Below, piece by piece: positions 23,812 to 30,700 of a stretch of DNA of 32,329 nt. The translations under genes and the position numbers were made by a program. How positions within the stretch are numbered: position 1 is the first letter of the stretch; each line of letters starts with the position of its first letter. This DNA comes from a virus. The stretch lies in IMG/VR virus record IMGVR_UViG_3300025327_000011; one strand, written 5' to 3'. The notes below the pieces were generated by a model that made no database searches, was not told the origin of the DNA, and saw only the letters and a list, made by a program, of their open reading frames with translations.

Positions 23812-24495
23812 TTAAAGTAATTTTTTAATTTCAATTTCTTTTTGGATATCATTTATATCCTTGTTATATACTATTTCTTTTATTTTAGATTCAATATTTA
23901 TAGGGGATATTACTTGTTTAAATATATGAGAGAATTTTTCCGCAAAATCTCCTTCAATGGAAAATCCTGAAAAACCTTCTGTCTTTATTATATTCCAAAG
24001 AACTGGACTTTCTATCTTCATTGCAATAAACCAATCTCCTTTAGATGGAGTAAAGCCGTAGCTTATGGCTGTATCTTTAGCTGGGTCTTGAACAATCCAA
24101 GATTGAGTCACATAAGCATCTTTTATTTGGTTTTGGCCAAGTACTTCTGAATGTTCAAGTGATGTTTTTGTGTGATTTGAATTCTTAAAAAATAATTCTG
24201 AGCATTTTACAACAGTTTCTTCTGAAAAAAAACAGTTAAAATAAGTGTCTGTTTCTTTGTTGTATCGAAGAATGTTTTTATTTGCTGTCATAGCCGGACC
24301 GACAATAATTTGTTTTTCAAAATCTATTTTTGCAAATGAATGTTCTTTCTCTTTTGAAAATAAATGAAATGATTTTTCAATTGCTGGGTCACGTACAATA
24401 GAAATAAGAGATAAATCTCCTAAAATAGAACCTTCAGCATCATCAATAACAAATTCAACTGTGCGTAATTTTTCAATTTTATCTTTTTCTTTCAT
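23812..24495 (-). CDS. XkdF-like putative prohead serine protease (Peptidase_S78_2-like), 227 aa.
   Basis: Pattern ISIVRDPAIE ... IIVGPAM ... LEHSE ... TQSWIV ... GDWFIAMKI..P.LW..IK..GFSGFSIEG matches my recollection of the XkdF domain layout. Confidence 0.6.
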   Translation of the reverse strand: MKEKDKIEKLRTVEFVIDDAEGSILGDLSLISIVRDPAIEKSFHLFSKEKEHSFAKIDFEKQIIVGPAMTANKNILRYNKETDTYFNCFFSEETVVKCSELFFKNSNHTKTSLEHSEVLGQNQIKDAYVTQSWIVQDPAKDTAISYGFTPSKGDWFIAMKIESPVLWNIIKTEGFSGFSIEGDFAEKFSHIFKQVISPINIESKIKEIVYNKDINDIQKEIEIKKLL

Positions 24496-24523
24496 AATTA
24501 TAAATATAAAAGTGATTTTTTAG

Positions 24524-24531
24524 TATATTTG
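24524..24531 (+). promoter_or_regulatory. -7 box TATATTTG upstream of the second lipoprotein moron.
   Basis: Matches TAnnTTTG and lies 52 nt upstream of the ATG at 24583. No clear TTTG -33 element. Confidence 0.4.
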
Positions 24532-24582
24532 TAACATTATAATTATTATTTCGTTTAATATAAAAAACTTAAAACTTAAATT

Positions 24583-25029
24583 ATGAAAAAAGTATTTTTT
24601 AAAATAATTACTGTAGTACTATTAGTATTATCAACTTCTTGTAAAAAAACAGAAATTGCACAAATGAATCAGATTCAACATTTTATTTATTTATTACCTT
24701 GTAATTGGAATTTGACTCATAATTATGGAAATCCTGAATTAACATTATATATTAAAAATTCAATTCATTATCATTCTTCAAATCTAAATTATTATTTTGA
24801 TACAATTCCTAGTGCAATATATTATATTCCATACAATAATTTAGCTCTTGATGGTCCCGTTAGATTTAATAAATATTTCAAAGTTCAAAGTAATGATACT
24901 ATATTTTTTTCAACCAAGGAAAATTTAAATTATAATGCAATAAGTTTTGATTTATATTATGATGAAAAAAAAGTAAAAACATCAAATTCTTCAAATAATT
25001 ATACATATATTGAATATATTATACCATAA
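24583..25029 (+). CDS. Lipoprotein (moron), 148 aa.
   Basis: Signal peptide with lipobox MKKVFFKIITVVLLVLSTSC. It is the lone plus-strand gene wedged between the minus-strand tape-measure-like and protease genes, and its stop abuts 25030. Confidence 0.7.
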   Translation: MKKVFFKIITVVLLVLSTSCKKTEIAQMNQIQHFIYLLPCNWNLTHNYGNPELTLYIKNSIHYHSSNLNYYFDTIPSAIYYIPYNNLALDGPVRFNKYFKVQSNDTIFFSTKENLNYNAISFDLYYDEKKVKTSNSSNNYTYIEYIIP

Positions 25030-26691
25030 TTAAGGAGTAAAATTAGCTCTTCTCTCTAAAACTGCATCTGAATTTTGTTGATTTGTTAAATCCTGACTAA
25101 TTACATAAACTTTTGATGGTTTATTTATTGTACTTGATGAATTTGTTGAACCAATTTTTTGTAATTCATTTCCAGTAAAAGCACCTGATGCATTTGGCGA
25201 TGCTGATGAAGGAGAAGCTGGTACAGCAACTCCTGAACTTTCTCCTCCACCATTAAGCGTAAATTGAGTTGCCGCTATTTTTGCCACATTTGTCGCGGCA
25301 GCAATTCCAACTGAAACAGCTGTTGCAACTTTTAAAATTGTTCCAAATGGCTCAGGAACAACTGATTGAGCTGATAAAGCATTAACAACACCTTGAATAC
25401 CTGATATTACAGCAGATTGAATGGCTAATGCTTTATTAATTTTAAATTGTTGTCTTGCTGCTTTTTCTTCTTCTGCACTTCCCTTTCTTGTATTTGCCAT
25501 TTTTACAGAAAAGAATAAATCAGATAAAGCAATTAAAGAGTCATTTGAAGTTTTAGCAATTTCGAACATAGAATCTTGCCTATTTTTTGCATCCTGAACT
25601 GATTTTAATGAATCAGATTCTTCTTTTGTAATTCTATCATCTTCTGCTTTTTCTTTAGCTTTTAATTTAGCCATCCAAGCTTCTCCGGATAATTTTATTC
25701 TTTCTTGTTCTATTCTATAACTTTCTAAAGAGGATTTTTCTTCTAATTCTATTTTAGCATCTTCTGCTTCTTCTTTAGCTTTTAATTCAGCCATCCAAGC
25801 TTTACCACTTTCTTTTAATTTATCCTCTTCTATTTTTTTATGTTCATCATTATACTCTTTATTTATTTTTACTTTTTCATCAGATGTTTTCTTTTCGTTA
25901 GCAATGGTTTTAGCTTTAATTTCAACTTCGGCATTATGAATTGTTGTTACTAAAGTTTCTAATTGCTCCATTTGAGCTTTAGTTAAAGTTCCATTCGCTT
26001 CATAAACAGCTTTTAATGCATTAACTTGAACTCTCGCAGTTTCAATAACAGCTTCTTGTTTTTTGATTTCAAGTGTAGTAACATCTTTTCCGGCTGCATT
26101 AGCAAGTTTTATTTCATCATCATATCTTTGTGTTACTGCTGCACCTGCTTTTTTAGACGCTTCTATTGTTTTTTCAGCATTATCTTCAATAGCATTATTA
26201 GTTATTCCTAACCAATCAGTTAAATCCTTAAAAGCTTGAATAACTGTATCAATTACATCTTTAATAAATCCAAAAACTTTTCCTATTAAACCACCTGATT
26301 GAGTTAGTTTTTCAAAATTTTCAATTACATATTTAATTCCCTCAATTAAAAGAAAAATTGGAATAGCTTTCATTGCTAAACCCAAAACTTTAAATCCAGC
26401 TCCAAGTTTTCCTGGGTCTGCGTTTACAAATCCTTCTTTTAATAATCCTAAAGATGAGTTTAATTTTTCAATTCCTGACCCTTTTAATGAATTTGTAGCT
26501 TCATTAAGGTCTTCCATTTTATCTTTTAATTCAGCAACTCTTTCAGAAGCACCAGCAACTCCTTTTATGGCATCAGACATGGCAGCTTTAGTCTCTTTTT
26601 TTAGACGAGTCATTTCATCAACAACTTTTCCAACATTTTGAGATGCTTGACCGGTATCTATTTTTATTTTTAATTCTATATCCTTTGCCAT
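25030..26691 (-). CDS. Coiled-coil protein with hydrophobic segments. Tape-measure-like or internal/ejection protein, 553 aa.
   Basis: Long heptad-like Lys/Glu/Ala-rich regions, hydrophobic stretches (FKVLGLAMKAIPIFLLIEGI, AVISGIQGVVNAL...VATAVSVGIAAATNVAKIAA), and an internal 40-aa duplication. Confidence 0.45.
   Translation of the reverse strand: MAKDIELKIKIDTGQASQNVGKVVDEMTRLKKETKAAMSDAIKGVAGASERVAELKDKMEDLNEATNSLKGSGIEKLNSSLGLLKEGFVNADPGKLGAGFKVLGLAMKAIPIFLLIEGIKYVIENFEKLTQSGGLIGKVFGFIKDVIDTVIQAFKDLTDWLGITNNAIEDNAEKTIEASKKAGAAVTQRYDDEIKLANAAGKDVTTLEIKKQEAVIETARVQVNALKAVYEANGTLTKAQMEQLETLVTTIHNAEVEIKAKTIANEKKTSDEKVKINKEYNDEHKKIEEDKLKESGKAWMAELKAKEEAEDAKIELEEKSSLESYRIEQERIKLSGEAWMAKLKAKEKAEDDRITKEESDSLKSVQDAKNRQDSMFEIAKTSNDSLIALSDLFFSVKMANTRKGSAEEEKAARQQFKINKALAIQSAVISGIQGVVNALSAQSVVPEPFGTILKVATAVSVGIAAATNVAKIAATQFTLNGGGESSGVAVPASPSSASPNASGAFTGNELQKIGSTNSSSTINKPSKVYVISQDLTNQQNSDAVLERRANFTP
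25638..25800 (-). repeat. 120-bp-period internal duplication (43-nt near-identical cores at 25638..25680 and 25758..25800).
   Basis: catcttctgctt.ttctttagcttttaatt.agccatccaagc occurs twice with 2 mismatches. It encodes AWMA.LKAKE.AED. Confidence 0.85.
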
Positions 26692-26731
26692 TATTATTCT
26701 TTTTTATAAATATAAAAAACTATTAATTGTT

Positions 26732-27667
26732 TTATATGATAGTTTCTATTACGTGATATGTGAAATTTGCTACATCAGTTGTTCCTACACCTAAATTTAA
26801 TGTAAAAGACGAAGTAGTTGAAGTTACGTAAGTTGAATTCATCCTAACTGCTCCTGCTGAATTGGTAGCAGAAATTACAACTATAGGTGCTGTTACATAT
26901 AAATAACCAAATGGAAATGTTACAGTTCCTGCTGCTGTAGTTGGAGTTATTTGTACATTACCTGCCACATCTGTACATTTAGTTCTCGATTGTGAACCTG
27001 CGACGTAAGTAGTAGTTGTTATTGCATTAAATGTAGCATTATTTGACTGAGTCTCAATAATGTGATAATCATAAGTATGAACTTCTGCTAAAATAGCAGA
27101 AGTTGTATTTACAATAAATTTATTTAAATATGATGTTGTATAAACACATATATTATCTATGGCTGCTAAAACATTTGTTGGACTTATTACAATAATTGGT
27201 TCAGTTGCATAAGTATAACCATATGTTATTGTTGCTCCAGTTCCTGCATTATTTAATTTTGGAGTAATTGAAAAATGACCAGCAATATCTGTTGCATTTG
27301 TTCTACTAGATGTTGTTGCTGCCGCACCGGTTGCTATAGTTAAACCAGATGCATTATTTGTTTGAGTTTCAAAAGCGTGATAATTATATGAATGACTAAG
27401 TGTAATATTAGCACCAGCGCTAATATTAATTGTAAAATCATTTTGTGTGCTTGTAACATAAATTAAAGAAGAATCAGTTGCTGAAACTGAATTTATTGGA
27501 GAAATTATAACAATTGGAGCAATACCATATGTATAACCAAATGAAATAGTTACAGTACTTGCTATAGAAGAACTTAATGCAAAAGTTACATTTCCAGCAA
27601 CATCTGTTGCTTTATTAATTGAAGAAGAAGATATTCCTCTTGTATGTCCAATTGTTGGTAAAGCCAT
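26732..27667 (-). CDS. Protein of three tandem domains of about 105 aa. Possible carbohydrate-binding (H-type-lectin-like) receptor-binding accessory protein, 311 aa.
   Basis: Repeats start at residues 21, 126 and 232 (TDVAGN / TDIAGH / TDVAGN). Each contains F/YGY.Y...P(I/V)(I/V)VIS..N and ends Y(N/D)YH.(F/I)ETQ.NNA. It lies immediately downstream of the fibre gene. Confidence 0.5.
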   Translation of the reverse strand: MALPTIGHTRGISSSSINKATDVAGNVTFALSSSIASTVTISFGYTYGIAPIVIISPINSVSATDSSLIYVTSTQNDFTINISAGANITLSHSYNYHAFETQTNNASGLTIATGAAATTSSRTNATDIAGHFSITPKLNNAGTGATITYGYTYATEPIIVISPTNVLAAIDNICVYTTSYLNKFIVNTTSAILAEVHTYDYHIIETQSNNATFNAITTTTYVAGSQSRTKCTDVAGNVQITPTTAAGTVTFPFGYLYVTAPIVVISATNSAGAVRMNSTYVTSTTSSFTLNLGVGTTDVANFTYHVIETII

Positions 27668-27719
27668 TTTATTTATTAAATAGTTTTAAATTTTCATATC
27701 CCATAATTTTTAAATTTTT

Positions 27720-30700
27720 TTAATCCTGTTGACTTTGAATATGTCCATTTTTTATTGAAAGTTTTGCGTTGGTAACAAATGATGTTGTGCCTATTCCAAT
27801 ACTTCCAGTTGTTTGAGAAAATGCCATTACAGTTCCTACGGTAGGGTTATAAATATTCAAATCGTTAGAACTTGCAGGTCTATATATAACCCATTTTTGT
27901 GTTGCTGCATTTGTAAATTCTAAAGCTGATTGATACCCATTTGCTGCATCTATTCTAATGTATTGATTTGCTGTTGATGCTGAACTTCCTACTTGTAATA
28001 ATTGAGAGGGGGTGGTTGTTCCTATGCCTACACTTCCAGTACCGGCAATTCTCATTACTTCTGGTGCAAGTGTATTATCAGTATTGGAAGTTCTGAAAGA
28101 TATATAGCCAGATCCAGTCGATGATTGCATGGTGATTCTAGAATGCGTTGCGACTGTAGAACCAAAAATACCATCAACAGTCTTTCTGTTAATGTCCCAA
28201 TATGCAGAACCTGTATTGGTTGCACTTTCTAAATTTAAAAATGTTGCAACATTAGCGCCACCTGTATTACTTGATATTTGAAATTGATTAACATCTGTGC
28301 CTTTGATGTGTAGAATACTTGTTGGGGTTGTTATTCCAATACCTACATTACCACCAGTTGGTTGTAGATTAACATAGCTAGTAGTTTTTGTTGCATTACT
28401 TGTACCATCAATTGTTATAACACCATTAGCTGCATTACTGCCATAAATTTGTGGTGTTATCAATGATGTACTTGCTGACATTGTAACAGCACTAAAAGTA
28501 TTGGCTATTGCACTACCACTTATTTCTAATTTTTGAGAAGGGGAAGTTGTTCCTATGCCGACGTTACCACCGTTAGGGTTCAAACTTAATGGTCTGGTTG
28601 TGTTAGAATTAGTTAAATTTTGTGCTTGAATCCAACTTCCGTATGGGGAAGCATTACCTACCCCCATTGTCATTACTTCATCCTGAGATCCATCTAAAAC
28701 AAATAATCCATTTGCAATTTGTCCAGATGATGAGGGATAAGATGCTGTTCCTTTAATATGAGTTTTGAGAAGTGGCGTTGTTGTTCCTATGCCGACGTTA
28801 CCAGCAAGACTAATGAACATTCTTGTGCTTAATGTTGCTGCACCGGTAGCACCACTTGGAGCAGTATAAAAATAAAAATTACCATTAGCCATTTCAATAA
28901 CATTGCCATAACCATTAGCTCTATATTTCCAACCACCATTGTAATAAATATTGTCACTTATCATTACATCACTTACTGCATATCCTTGGAGTTCTATACT
29001 TCCTACTTTCAATGAACTATTTGTTGAACTACCGGTTATTTCAAGTAAGGTTACTGGATTAGGAATTCCAACTCCAACGTTGCCAGAAGGTAATATAACC
29101 ATACTTGGAGCAGTAGTAGTTCCATTAGTTCTTTGGAAATAAGTATATCCATATGTTCCTGAATCACCTGCAATGAAATTTGAAACACCTTGGGATGTAT
29201 TAATAAGACTAAATGCTGTAGTTGTTTTCCTGTCTATCTTAATTCCATCAAGCAAATAACTAACTTCATCTTTACTTATGTGAAGCGGATTAGTAGGTGA
29301 AATTCCTATTCCGACATTTCCACCTGTTGATAATATCATTTGATCAACGTTGTTCTCTCTAAAATGTATATTTAACCCAGTTTGTCTATTAATATACAAT
29401 GATTTTCCCGGTGCACTATAAAAATTTGAACCTAAACCATTTAAACCATTAAGACTAATTACTCCATAAGCTGTATTTGAAGACCAACTGTCAATAAGGA
29501 CACTACCTGTACCAGAACCTTTTACTACTAATCTATCTGCAGGCGTTGCTGTCCCAATTCCTACATAACCATTTGTGTGTATTCTCATTAACTCGGTAGA
29601 TGTATGAAAAAAAGCGAATGGTTTAGCTGCGCTATGATAAAAATTTAATGAACTAACGCCACCATAACCAACATTGCCTGAACCATTCTTAAAAATTTCA
29701 GAGGTTCCACCTGATGCGGTAAATATTAATTCTGTGTATGAAGATTGTACAGCACTACCAATGTTTGCTTGTACTGAAACGGTAGATGATTGTACATCTA
29801 ATTTATAACCAGGAGTAACTGTTCCTATGCCTACGTTTCCACCACCTAAAACTGTTACTAAATTTGTTGTAAAATTTTTAATTTGCAACAATGTTTCAGA
29901 AGGAGAAAGTGCTTGCCAAGCTGTACCATTAGCTTTGCCACCAATAATAGTGGCTGCTGGTGTTGTATCAGTTGGATTACTTGATCCAATAATAGCATAG
30001 ATATTTAATGCCTTTGTATCACCGCTACTTATTCCAACAACATTCAATCCACCTAATGTACTGGAAATTGGACCCATATAACCATACACGTTTGTTGGTG
30101 TTATAGCTGTCATACCGTGAGCTAAATCAGAATCAGATAATTGAAAAATGCCATCTTTAACTTCTAATTTGCTTGAAGGGGTTGCTGTGCCAATCCCAAC
30201 ATATCCAGTTTGCCCAGAAATCCTCATAAATTCAGTACCACCATCAGTACCACCTTTAAAAATAATATCAGCACCTGCACCAGCAACACCAGTTGTGGGT
30301 TTAAAAGTTAAAGCTTGAGTTGTAGAAGTTCCACCAATAACTAAAGGAGAAGTAACAGAAGTGGAAGCGCTTATTGTAACAGCACTAAAAGTATTAGCTA
30401 TAGCACTACCGTTTACTTCTAATTTTTGAGAAGGAGAAGCTGTACCAATCCCCACACTCCCACCAGATAAAATAGCAATTCTTGTAGCACCATTTAAATA
30501 AAATACCATACCATTTGGACCAGCATATGTTCCTGTTGCATTGTCTACGAATATTTCTCCATACCCAACTGTTCCAGCAGTGTTTTTAAAATCAACCTGT
30601 GAATAATTTGGTAAACTAATATATGAAGAAGTTGTTAAAATTCCAGATAATGTCAAAGCATTAAATGAAGGGCTTGTAGCAACGTTGATAATTGGAGAGT

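Noticed and set aside
26026-29142. Plus-strand ORFs 26026..26211 and 28951..29142.
   Set aside because: They are short antisense shadows inside the tape-measure-like and fibre genes.
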